DNA from: a virus
IMG/VR virus record: IMGVR_UViG_3300006076_000003
Span: 1-64,000 of that record
Direction: 5' to 3' (one strand)
Length of the DNA: 64,000 nt
The translations under genes and the position numbers were made by a program. Every line of letters starts with the position of its first letter. Position 1 is the stretch's first letter. A model generated the notes under the pieces. It searched no databases and was not told where the DNA came from. It worked only from the letters and a program-made list of their open reading frames with translations. This document shows positions 1-9,295 of the stretch, piece by piece.

Positions 1-279
1 AGATATACTCACTTTTTTCGTTATTTTTTTAAATTTTTATCAAATTTACTAAAAAAACGAAATAGAATTACACACTTTTTATTCCTCAAACTCTCCGCTA
101 TACCGTGCTAAAGTGGCACTTTTTAAAAAATTACCTATTATATTTAATATAATATATAGAAAATTTTATTTTTAAAAAATTTAAAATTTAAAATTTAAAA
201 AATTCAAACTGTATCTAATCGCTCCGCCTAACGGCTACGCTCCATAACATGTATCCCCCGAGCTGTGGCTTTAAGACGC

Positions 280-1059
280 CTACCTAAATATTACATTTAG
301 TACACGTCTATCAACTTCTGCTTTAGTTTTTGGTGATACCATATGCTTATTTATAAAATAAACAATATTTGCTATATCATTTTTGCTGTATCCCATAGCT
401 TGCATCTTAAATGCTGCTGCCAATAAAGTCTTAGAACGACTGCCTGGCACAGCCTTGCTAAAACTTAGCCAATCATTGCTAATTTTTGTTGTATCTAATA
501 AATCAATAGCATAATCTGACTCCTTACTATTAAATTTGTAATCTGCTACATTTAGCATATTACCTTTAAAATTGCTATATATGGTAGATCCTTTATAAGC
601 ATACATCACACCTGCTGCTTTAATACTTGCTCCTACATCCATGTCTTCTATAAGTCCATACTCCTTAACACCTCTAACAACTTGTTTATATTCTGCTACA
701 TCTACTTCGCTGTCTAATAAAAGCAATACTCTATACTTATTCATATCTGCTCTATTTGACGTTGTAGCTATTATATGTACCAAACCTTCATCTTTAAGCT
801 GTTCGTGCCTTATAGCTATATCTATGTTAGTATTATCAACATCTATAACTATAAATCTTGTTGTACCTATTACTGTGTCATTACCTCTCCTTCTACCTAC
901 AAAGTTAAAAGGGCTATAAATATAGTCACCTTTTAACATTTTTGCTAAATTTTTAAAGTCTGTTTTAACAAAATGTGTAAAGTAGACAAATTTTGTCCTC
1001 TCATCTTTACTCAGACCATCAACATGTCTATACGACAATGTTACTTGGGCTAAAGACAT
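280..1059 (-). CDS. AEP-superfamily primase with PriCT-like C-terminus
   Basis: hhhDxD motif (IVIDVDN), TTS..KYRVLL motif, C-terminal GSRSKTLLAAA PriCT-like helix; follows helicase and polA. Confidence 0.7.
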   Translation of the reverse strand: MSLAQVTLSYRHVDGLSKDERTKFVYFTHFVKTDFKNLAKMLKGDYIYSPFNFVGRRRGNDTVIGTTRFIVIDVDNTNIDIAIRHEQLKDEGLVHIIATTSNRADMNKYRVLLLLDSEVDVAEYKQVVRGVKEYGLIEDMDVGASIKAAGVMYAYKGSTIYSNFKGNMLNVADYKFNSKESDYAIDLLDTTKISNDWLSFSKAVPGSRSKTLLAAAFKMQAMGYSKNDIANIVYFINKHMVSPKTKAEVDRRVLNVIFR

Positions 1060-3277
1060 CTATTAGCTCCTCTTGTGGTATAGAGTGTTCTACAAGATTA
1101 TTGATATCTGTAACAACTTCTATAATTTTGCTATCTTCTACCTTATGCATCTTCATATCATAAATCAATCCTGCCATAAATAGCTTAGACATATCAGACG
1201 CATTGTAGATGTCAACTATTAAGTCTTTGTTATCTAATATCTCTTTTTCTAAGTATTTAGCAGGTTTTTTATCTACTAATGTTGCTAATTTAGGTATATC
1301 AGCATTTGTTGCATATGCTGCTAATATGCCACTAACATCAAATAAATCACCATCTGTTTTGCTAAGTACTTCTGTTGACTCTTTAATGTTAATAACATGT
1401 TCTGCTTCATGTTCTTCAGGCAGTACACGCATTAACAATTGTTGTGCTATTGACATACAAATATATTTATACTCTTGCTTATTAACAGCATTGTTTATAG
1501 GTAGCAGTATTAATTGCTTACCTTCAGCAGTTTGTCCTATAAAATGTTGTTTATCTAATAGCTTATGTAACAATTTAGCTTCTATAATTGCTTCATTTGC
1601 TGTTATTGCTATAACATTTGTTGTATCTTCAGCAAATACATTAAATCTACAATCACCTGACAATAATTTGTTAAATACAGTAACTTGTTTATCTTTTACA
1701 ACTTTTAACCCATCTTCAGCATTTCTTGCTATTTTGTAGTTATATTTATAACCTCCTTCAGTTTCTGTGTTTTTCTTAAGAGGTGTAAATACAAATAAAT
1801 TGTTAACTTCATCATATGTTACAGTTGCTTCTCCTCTTAAACGTGCATTAACAGGCTTTAAAAAAGCATTAATTGCTTGTTTACTTGTCTGCTTAGTAGT
1901 TATATAACCTCTTGTTATTGCTCTATCTATACTAATTTGATTATCAGGGAAGAAACCTTGTAACCAATCAGTAGCAAATAGCTCATAATCTTTTAACTCT
2001 AAAGTAGACATAAATCTTGTTAAATGCTCTGCAGCATGATTTACATAGTGTATAGCTGCTAAAATTGTTTCTTTATCTATTAATGCTCTGTTTTGAGCAA
2101 AAGACCATACAGCAGCAATTCTAAGCATCTTAAATGCTATACCAAGTAATTGAGTACCATTAACAGATTCTGGGTCATTTAATAGCTCTTTCTTACCTAA
2201 CAATTCTGTATAGCCTTTGTAATCTTCATAGATTTGTGATGCTTCGTCATCCATTGCTATAACATTGTTGTCTTTAGCTCTTTTAACAGCTTTTAATAGA
2301 TGTTTAGACAGTTTTTCACTAATTTCTTTTGCTTCTACTCTATTTTTAGCTTGTAGCTCACGCTTTTCTTTTAATGTTGTAGGTATAATTTCATTTTCAA
2401 ACTCCTCATTTGCTTTACTAAAAATAATAACTGAACGTCTTGCTAATGCTGTTTTAATCATTGGTACAAGTTGTTTTGTTACTACACTATCTTTTATATA
2501 AAATGGTGCAGGTGCAGATATACCCATAAAGTTCATATATTGACTCTTGATTGCTTTTTCTTTGCTTTCAGCAGTCTTATATTCATTCATAGACATTTCA
2601 CCCATATCATATAGTCCAGACAATAACTCAATTATTTCTAATACATAAGGACTTGATTGAATTGACATACCTAATTCTGAAGCAAAAACATTTTTGTTAC
2701 CATAAGATTGATTATGTAATCTATTAAGAGATGAAACAAGTCCTGCTCTACTTGAACCTAAAGTAACAAATTTAGCTTCTAAAGGTTCTATTAAATCAGC
2801 ATAATCTTCTGGTATTACTTTAGTTTCATCAAACTTTGGATTATCCTTTTTCATCATCCTAATAAACTTATTTTTTGCTTTTTCTTCAAGTTCTTCTTTT
2901 TGTAGCATTTCAATATAATCAAATGCTTTACTACAAACTTCTTGTAAAGATCTAAATGTTCTATCTTTACCTGAACCAGAGCGTGATATTAAAATTGTGT
3001 AGCTATTTACACCTAACATTTGCTCACTATAAATAGTATCGTTAATTTTTACTCTTAATTGACCAAACAAACTTGATAGTACAAATGTTGATATAGCAGT
3101 AGCTGCTATATTGCTAAAGCTTGGTGATTGTAGGATAGAAAATCTTACCATACCTTGCATTACTGATGGTAGCTTTGACACATCATATTTTGATGTATCA
3201 ATTTTTAAATATGGTAATTCTTCTTCATACTCTTTAATTAAATTATTTATACTATCCTGTATCTTTTGTTTTTGCAT
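1028..3277 (-). CDS. Replicative helicase-like P-loop ATPase (DUF3987-like) with degenerate C-terminal primase domain
   Basis: Walker A SRSGSGKD, ASELG Walker-B-like motif; C-terminal third aligns by eye with 280..1059. Confidence 0.6.
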   Translation of the reverse strand: MQKQKIQDSINNLIKEYEEELPYLKIDTSKYDVSKLPSVMQGMVRFSILQSPSFSNIAATAISTFVLSSLFGQLRVKINDTIYSEQMLGVNSYTILISRSGSGKDRTFRSLQEVCSKAFDYIEMLQKEELEEKAKNKFIRMMKKDNPKFDETKVIPEDYADLIEPLEAKFVTLGSSRAGLVSSLNRLHNQSYGNKNVFASELGMSIQSSPYVLEIIELLSGLYDMGEMSMNEYKTAESKEKAIKSQYMNFMGISAPAPFYIKDSVVTKQLVPMIKTALARRSVIIFSKANEEFENEIIPTTLKEKRELQAKNRVEAKEISEKLSKHLLKAVKRAKDNNVIAMDDEASQIYEDYKGYTELLGKKELLNDPESVNGTQLLGIAFKMLRIAAVWSFAQNRALIDKETILAAIHYVNHAAEHLTRFMSTLELKDYELFATDWLQGFFPDNQISIDRAITRGYITTKQTSKQAINAFLKPVNARLRGEATVTYDEVNNLFVFTPLKKNTETEGGYKYNYKIARNAEDGLKVVKDKQVTVFNKLLSGDCRFNVFAEDTTNVIAITANEAIIEAKLLHKLLDKQHFIGQTAEGKQLILLPINNAVNKQEYKYICMSIAQQLLMRVLPEEHEAEHVINIKESTEVLSKTDGDLFDVSGILAAYATNADIPKLATLVDKKPAKYLEKEILDNKDLIVDIYNASDMSKLFMAGLIYDMKMHKVEDSKIIEVVTDINNLVEHSIPQEELIDVFSPSNIVV

Positions 3278-5912
3278 CTCTTATTTCCTTTAACTGTTCT
3301 TTTATTTCTTCAATAGAACTATCTGCTTCTAATGTAACAACATTATATAAGTCATAGCCAAAGTCTACTTCAGCTCCTAAATCAATGGGTTGATCAAATA
3401 AAAACTGTTGTTTCATTATTCGTGGAAGATTATCATTTACAAACTTTATCACTTCTAAATCATCATCTAACTCAAGATAAAGGGCGTCGTGTATGATATT
3501 GACAAGTTTGATTCTGTCTTGTAAATTATGTTTATATATCTCCTCTCTTAATCTAATTCCTGCTATTAATGTTAAGTCACTATAAGATTGCATTGTTGCA
3601 TTATTTAAGGTTCTGATATCTTTTTCAGCATCATCAGAATAAAGTTTTAAACCCCAATTTAAATGTATATAACCTTTTTCTTTAACAGTTGGTAATACAT
3701 ATTCATCTCTATACTTAGTTTTTCCAGAGTATAAAACATTGTGGTATAAGTCAAATATTCTTTCACCTTCCTCTAAAGGAGCTTTCATACTTTTTGCTAA
3801 TTTTGGAGGAAACGCTCCATAAGAAGCTGCAAATGTGACACCCTTACTATCTTGTCTTAAATTCTTACAACGTACATCCTTTTTAGTGAATTCTTTATAT
3901 TTTTTATTTACTTCAAGTGACTTCATATCAAATTTAATACTTGTTATCTTCTCCCATTGGTCTTGCCAATAAACAGCAGAATGTAATACATGAGTATCAA
4001 ATTTTTCTTTTAAAGTAATCAAAGATGTTTCATCTTTTGTTAAGATTGCTCCTATATGGCCTTCTAAATTATTGTAGTCTGAAGATGCTAATATTTTACC
4101 TTTTGGTGCAATAAACATCTTTTTAACTGTTGAGCCATAAATTGGATTGCTACTTGGTTGAGTAACAAGATTTATACCAACTTTATGTTTATCTTCTCCT
4201 TCAATCTTAGGTGATTTACCGCTTAATCTTGCACTAATTGTCCCTAACAATACTAAACTACCATAGACTCTACCATCAACTGTTGAGCCATAATATTTAG
4301 GTATATATTGAGTTAACAAGTTTTTAGATTGAGCAATATCTAAATAAGCTTTAATAGCTTTTTGTACATCACCAGATGTTGTATTTGCTAATTCTCGCAA
4401 TACATCACTACTAAAGCTCATTTCTCCCGTTTTCTTTGATATTTCATCACTTTCTAAACCCATATATAACCACATCTGTGTTAATTGCTTGTAGTTATAA
4501 GGATTAAATCCTAAATCAACATATTTCTCAGGATGTTCTATTTTGTCAATACGATTAGCATTAATATTTTGCCTTCTACACTCCATTTTTTCATAAGCTC
4601 TAACAGCTTCTTTTATTTTGGGGTGTTCAAAATCTTTTGCTAACAGTATCTTACAAATTTCAGTATCTAATTCTTTTAAATCTTTAGCAGATACTTTTTC
4701 AAAATCTGTGTTATCCCAATAATTAACAACAAATGTACGCATAGCAATATTATTTTTATAAGCAATACCTTTAGGCTTTTTAAGTGCTTTTTTAACAGGT
4801 TCTAAGAACTTTTCAATTCTCTCTTTATCTGCTTTAGCAATAAATTCTTTAACTATTGGTATAGAATTAATTTCTTCTAACTTTTTCTTATTAAACTCCT
4901 TAACTTCACTTTCTAACTGTTTTACTTGCTCTAAATCAATTGCTTGTCCATTGTTCATCATTTCAATAACAACAGGTATAGCAGGTTTTAGAATAAAGTC
5001 ATAAAAATAGCGTTGATTAAATTGCTCTACATTATCTTTTGGCTCAGATGTTGGCATAATCCACTTATCAGGTTTTGCTTCTTTATTAGCAAACTTTTCC
5101 CAAGCTAATTTTGTTGCACTTGAGTCTATCCCAGCATAAGCAATTAAGGCTAAATTATATTTACTGCTATCTCCACTACCAACATAAACAGTACTATCTA
5201 CTGTATTATTTAATGTTGTATCGTATAAATCAAAAGACTCTTTAGCAGTTGCCCATTTACCATATAAGTTACCAGCAATATCTTTTAGATTTACTTTGCG
5301 TTTTACTGGGTTTATGTGATTTCTATATACTTTACCAAGTAACATAGCATCTTCTACATCTTTTGGAAACTTACCAGTAAAATGATGTATTAATTTAACA
5401 TCATATAAAGCATTAAACCAAACTTGTTTTAGCTTTGTTGTTGTAAGCCAATCTAATACCAATTCTTTCATAGCATTGCTATTTATAACAATTACTGTTG
5501 ACTTAGTATATGACCAACTTAAAGACAACATTGTTAAATCAGTATAGTGAGGTAACAATAATCCAGTAGTCTCAAAGTCAGCAGCAATAATGCTATATTT
5601 AGCATCATACGTTGCTAACCATTTCTTTGCTATCTCTAAATCATCAGTAAACCAAGTCTTATGCTTAATGTGTTCAGATGCTAATCGTTCAGCAATATCT
5701 GCTACTTTTAGGCTATTAACATTTGTTACATTGTATCGCTTTAAGCCATAGTAGTCAGTAATTATATTACCATTAATGCTATCTGCATCAAATCCATCAT
5801 AATACTTCAGTACTTCACATTTAACATTAACATTAAACTTTTGTTTTGCATAAGCCTCGACACGTTCAGCAAACTTTGGCGGTGGGTCTATCGTGACAAT
5901 TTTATAAGCCAT
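3252..5912 (-). CDS. polA: DNA polymerase family A with 3'-5' exonuclease
   Basis: Exo motifs ADFETTG, FNALYD, YAGID; pol motif A SDYNNLE, motif B RQDSKGVTFAASYG (Phe762 type), motif C IIHDA; start placed at ATG 5912 after AAAGGA. Confidence 0.95.
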   Translation of the reverse strand: MAYKIVTIDPPPKFAERVEAYAKQKFNVNVKCEVLKYYDGFDADSINGNIITDYYGLKRYNVTNVNSLKVADIAERLASEHIKHKTWFTDDLEIAKKWLATYDAKYSIIAADFETTGLLLPHYTDLTMLSLSWSYTKSTVIVINSNAMKELVLDWLTTTKLKQVWFNALYDVKLIHHFTGKFPKDVEDAMLLGKVYRNHINPVKRKVNLKDIAGNLYGKWATAKESFDLYDTTLNNTVDSTVYVGSGDSSKYNLALIAYAGIDSSATKLAWEKFANKEAKPDKWIMPTSEPKDNVEQFNQRYFYDFILKPAIPVVIEMMNNGQAIDLEQVKQLESEVKEFNKKKLEEINSIPIVKEFIAKADKERIEKFLEPVKKALKKPKGIAYKNNIAMRTFVVNYWDNTDFEKVSAKDLKELDTEICKILLAKDFEHPKIKEAVRAYEKMECRRQNINANRIDKIEHPEKYVDLGFNPYNYKQLTQMWLYMGLESDEISKKTGEMSFSSDVLRELANTTSGDVQKAIKAYLDIAQSKNLLTQYIPKYYGSTVDGRVYGSLVLLGTISARLSGKSPKIEGEDKHKVGINLVTQPSSNPIYGSTVKKMFIAPKGKILASSDYNNLEGHIGAILTKDETSLITLKEKFDTHVLHSAVYWQDQWEKITSIKFDMKSLEVNKKYKEFTKKDVRCKNLRQDSKGVTFAASYGAFPPKLAKSMKAPLEEGERIFDLYHNVLYSGKTKYRDEYVLPTVKEKGYIHLNWGLKLYSDDAEKDIRTLNNATMQSYSDLTLIAGIRLREEIYKHNLQDRIKLVNIIHDALYLELDDDLEVIKFVNDNLPRIMKQQFLFDQPIDLGAEVDFGYDLYNVVTLEADSSIEEIKEQLKEIRDAKTKDTG

Positions 5913-5913
5913 T

Positions 5914-6948
5914 TTATATCCTTTGGTATTGATCACATATCTCACTAAATTGACAATACTTCTCACAAGCAAGATATGTTGGTTCTGTTATAAACTCTTG
6001 ATCTCCTGGTCTTCCTTTCTCTCTTACAAAACGTTGGAAGTCAGCAAGATTATCAAACTTACTTCCTCTGACAGTACTCCATTTACCACTTGGTCCTAAA
6101 CGTTGCAATTTATACTCGCCTGGTCTAAACATACGCTCTTTGTCTGTACAATAAACTGTTGGTTCATTTAATTGCAACTGTTCTTCTACTAAGGCAATTT
6201 TACGTCTCATAAATGCTTCTACTTCTTCAGCAGGTAGCAGAGGGAATTTCATTGCTGTTTCATTTGGTATGTCACTACCAAAACTTGGCTTACTTGATAA
6301 CATAAACAAGATCTCACCAAAAGGTTGCAATTTATACTTGTTTCTTGCTAAATAAGCATATATGCTAAGTTGCAGTTGAAATTTGGTGTAGTGTGGATAC
6401 AGTTCCATAGATTCTTCAATAGACTCTACTTGCTCCATAACATCTTTTTCTTCCATTACTTGCTTATAAACATATCCACTTACATGTTTTAGATCTTTAA
6501 TCATTCTATAACCATCTTCATCTTCAGGTGTTAACATATCAAACTTACCAGCAATAGTCCATTCACCAAACTCTTGTCCAAAACGTTCTTCAATAATATA
6601 TTGCTTTGCTACATCATCAAATTGTTTGTTGTAAGCCTCTAATGCTTGCTCCATAGTGCTGTGGTGACTAGTACCTTTAGCAGATGCCAATAAAGCACTT
6701 ACATCTGTTTGCTGTTGTTGCTGCCCTTTAGTTTTTAGTTTATAAACAAGTCTTCTAACAGGCATAATTAAATCAGATGCTGACAAATACTTTTGTTTGT
6801 CGTCTTGGTCATAGAGTGTATTAGCATAAATAGCAAATAATGCTAATTCTTTAGGCACATTGCTATTATTTGTAACTGCTAAACCATTTAACTCTATTGT
6901 ATTTCCTATATTGCTATCTTGTTCAGCAATATCTGTTAAATAACTCAT
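5914..6948 (-). CDS. Cas4-like PD-(D/E)XK exonuclease
   Basis: GTSHH, GKFD..IKDLK, QLSIY motifs and C-terminal CEKYCQFSEIC cysteine cluster. Confidence 0.8.
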   Translation of the reverse strand: MSYLTDIAEQDSNIGNTIELNGLAVTNNSNVPKELALFAIYANTLYDQDDKQKYLSASDLIMPVRRLVYKLKTKGQQQQQTDVSALLASAKGTSHHSTMEQALEAYNKQFDDVAKQYIIEERFGQEFGEWTIAGKFDMLTPEDEDGYRMIKDLKHVSGYVYKQVMEEKDVMEQVESIEESMELYPHYTKFQLQLSIYAYLARNKYKLQPFGEILFMLSSKPSFGSDIPNETAMKFPLLPAEEVEAFMRRKIALVEEQLQLNEPTVYCTDKERMFRPGEYKLQRLGPSGKWSTVRGSKFDNLADFQRFVREKGRPGDQEFITEPTYLACEKYCQFSEICDQYQRI

Positions 6949-8303
6949 TACTTCTCCTTAAGTGAATATATCTTTTTACGTCCATCAATTGTTACTAATA
7001 AAACATTATCTTCAACCATTTCTTCTAGTGCACCTGGTAGATTATGCTTCATAAAGTACTTTGTGAAAGTGTATTCGTTTTGTTGTTCGATATAAGTATT
7101 TAATTTACTACGTATATCTGTTGCTGTTAAAGATACAGTATTATCAAATAAATCTATAATTGCCTTTTTTAAAGATTCTTTTTGTCCTGTTTTTAAACTT
7201 TTTACATTTGTTTCTACTCTACCAACTTTTAATATTTCTTTTGCCATATCTCCAAGAGATAGCAATTTATTCTTTTTTGTTGCTAATAGCATGTTAACAG
7301 TATTATTTTCATCAGTTAAGTATAAGTATGCTTTATTACTACCCTTTTCTTTTGTATACACCAATTCTAAAGTAGGCAATAGCGTTCTTAACCAGTTTTT
7401 AGCATCAATAGCAGAAATATAATTCAGGTCATCTGAATGTAGTTCATCCTCACCTTCACACATGCTGTATATAGCTGATTCAAATTTTGTTGCTTGTACT
7501 ATTTTAAAATCATTTTCTTTAAGGTAGTTTACTACTGATAAAACAATATTTTTTAATCGTTTCTTTTTATAAGCCATCTCATTTTCCACAATATCTCCCT
7601 TTTGCAATATTTTATATTCTATGATATAATTATCAAGATCAATTGGTACAGTTTCATAATGATTAGTTACTTTATGTAGATTTTCATTATCTTTTATTAC
7701 TGTCGCAGTTACTGTACCTTGATAATCTTTCCTCAGTTGTATTACCTCACCAAATTCTGATACAATTGTTGAGGCTCCTCTTACACCTGTAGGATCTTTT
7801 TGATTTTTACCACTATGTGCTATTATTGTTGTATTTATCTTTTCATGTTTCATGAAAGCAGATTGTAGTTCATTTATCACATTTGTTACTATTGCGTTTT
7901 CATTTTCAAATTCTCCTATCAATTTAGATAAATTGTCAATTAAGATAAATACTTCGTCGTACTTATTTACTTTACTTTTAACCACATTTTTACCTATATG
8001 TATAACATATTCTAAAAATGATGTCGCTTTAGTTTTTTTACTATTTAAATCAGTATAGAAATTAAAGTAGTAACCTTTTAACTTATCTTCCATAAATTGT
8101 TTAAACTTTTGTTTTTGCTTTAAAGATTTATCATCTGCGTCTATAAATATAAACAGGCTACTTTTGCTTTGTTCCGTTAGTTTCCTATTTTTATCTCTAA
8201 ACTCAGACAAGCAAAAAGTTGTCTTTCCTACTCCTGCTAATGCAGTGACTATCGTTCGTTGTTGTAAAATTATTGATGTTTTTATAGCATTTTTAGTACT
8301 CAA
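6948..8303 (-). CDS. RecA/SF4-fold (AAA_25, RepA-like) ATPase with probable C-terminal winged helix
   Basis: Walker A ALAGVGKTT, FIDAD, LIDNL Walker B, IIAHSGK, VRGAS motifs; TTG start. Confidence 0.7.
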   Translation of the reverse strand: MSTKNAIKTSIILQQRTIVTALAGVGKTTFCLSEFRDKNRKLTEQSKSSLFIFIDADDKSLKQKQKFKQFMEDKLKGYYFNFYTDLNSKKTKATSFLEYVIHIGKNVVKSKVNKYDEVFILIDNLSKLIGEFENENAIVTNVINELQSAFMKHEKINTTIIAHSGKNQKDPTGVRGASTIVSEFGEVIQLRKDYQGTVTATVIKDNENLHKVTNHYETVPIDLDNYIIEYKILQKGDIVENEMAYKKKRLKNIVLSVVNYLKENDFKIVQATKFESAIYSMCEGEDELHSDDLNYISAIDAKNWLRTLLPTLELVYTKEKGSNKAYLYLTDENNTVNMLLATKKNKLLSLGDMAKEILKVGRVETNVKSLKTGQKESLKKAIIDLFDNTVSLTATDIRSKLNTYIEQQNEYTFTKYFMKHNLPGALEEMVEDNVLLVTIDGRKKIYSLKEK

Positions 8304-8314
8304 AATGACTCCTT

Positions 8315-8534
8315 ATTTTCTTATAATTTTCCTAATTATACTCATTATTTTCTTATATTTTCCTAAAGGTTAAAAAAGTTAAAAGGGTATCACATAAAAA
8401 ATTTCAAAATTGTAGGAAAATTAAGAAAATAGGAAATAACGGAAATATATATTTATGTAGGAAATACATATGTAATTTTCCTATTCTTCTTAAGTTGCCT
8501 ATATAATTGACTTTGAGTTTGTGATACCCCCCTT
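8315..8534. repeat. Origin-like element A: long imperfect inverted repeat with TAGGAAA(A)T units
   Basis: AAGGGTATCACA (8383) pairs with TGTGATACCCCCCTT (8520-8534); internal TAGGAAAAT/ATTTTCCTA units also flank the ATPase -10 box at 8315-8365. Confidence 0.65.
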
Positions 8535-8602
8535 ATTTTAAACATAGTATTAACATGTAGACTATATATAGTTTATATACTTTTAATGTACTTAAGTTTC
8601 AT

Positions 8603-8764
8603 TTAAGGGGTATCACACAACTCAAAAATTTTTTTATAGGGATAATAGGGATAATAGGGACGATAAGGATGATAGGATTATCCCTATATTTCTATTATCC
8701 CGGTCATCCCTATTGTCCCTATCATCCTGTCACTTTTTGGTTGGCTGCGTGTGTGCCCCCTTAA
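8603..8764. repeat. Origin-like element B: inverted repeat with 9-bp TAGGGATAA-type tandem units
   Basis: TTAAGGGGTATCACAC...GTGTGTGCCCCCTTAA ends; GGGATAATA repeats mirrored by TATCCC/TGTCCCTA units. Confidence 0.7.
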
Positions 8765-8806
8765 AGAAATCTTAAATTGAAAATGGTGAAATTTAACATT
8801 ATTTTC

Positions 8807-8980
8807 TTAATTATTTATATATCCTGTATTATTCTTTTTATTCAAGCGTTCATATTCCAGTCTAAAGTTAGCCAAACAAAAACTAGTTTTACCTTTACCT
8901 GCCAAGGCAGATACTAACGTTCTCTGGTGTCTAATAATAGGTGAATATGAACCAGAATCTAAACTAAATTTATCATTTAT
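8807..8980 (-). pseudogene. Truncated N-terminal remnant of a paralog of the 6948..8303 ATPase
   Basis: Translates to ..PIIRHQRTLVSALAGKGKTSFCLANFR.. versus SIILQQRTIVTALAGVGKTTFCLSEFR; AAGGA RBS followed by ATA; stop after 57 codons. Confidence 0.8.
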
Positions 8981-9091
8981 TCTATTTCCTTTTTATATTT
9001 CGGTTTTATTCTATTGCCGTCCTACTCTACATCCTATATTAACCTTAATTTAAACTTTTTTTGGGCACTTATATTTTTTTGATATAAAAAG

Positions 9092-9189
9092 TCCGAATAT
9101 TCCGAATATAAAGAATAACATTATCTATAAACTATAACTAATATATAAGTAATTATTATATTATAAAAGTTATATTCCTTATATTCGGA
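9092..9189. repeat. Origin-like element C: TCCGAATAT repeats and inverted repeat around an AT-rich core
   Basis: TCCGAATATTCCGAATATAAAGAATAAC ... GTTATATTCCTTATATTCGGA. Confidence 0.55.
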
Positions 9190-9295
9190 GTATTTAGTGG
9201 CTGGATCTATAAAGGCTTTTTTTGCTATCAACTTTATTGAGTGTTATTGACTCAACTTTAATAGGCTGCGGCTTAAATAGCAAGCTTTGGAGGTT

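Noticed and set aside
5914-6948. Cas4 as evidence of a CRISPR-Cas system
   Set aside because: No other cas genes or array; stand-alone Cas4-like exonucleases are common in phage replication modules
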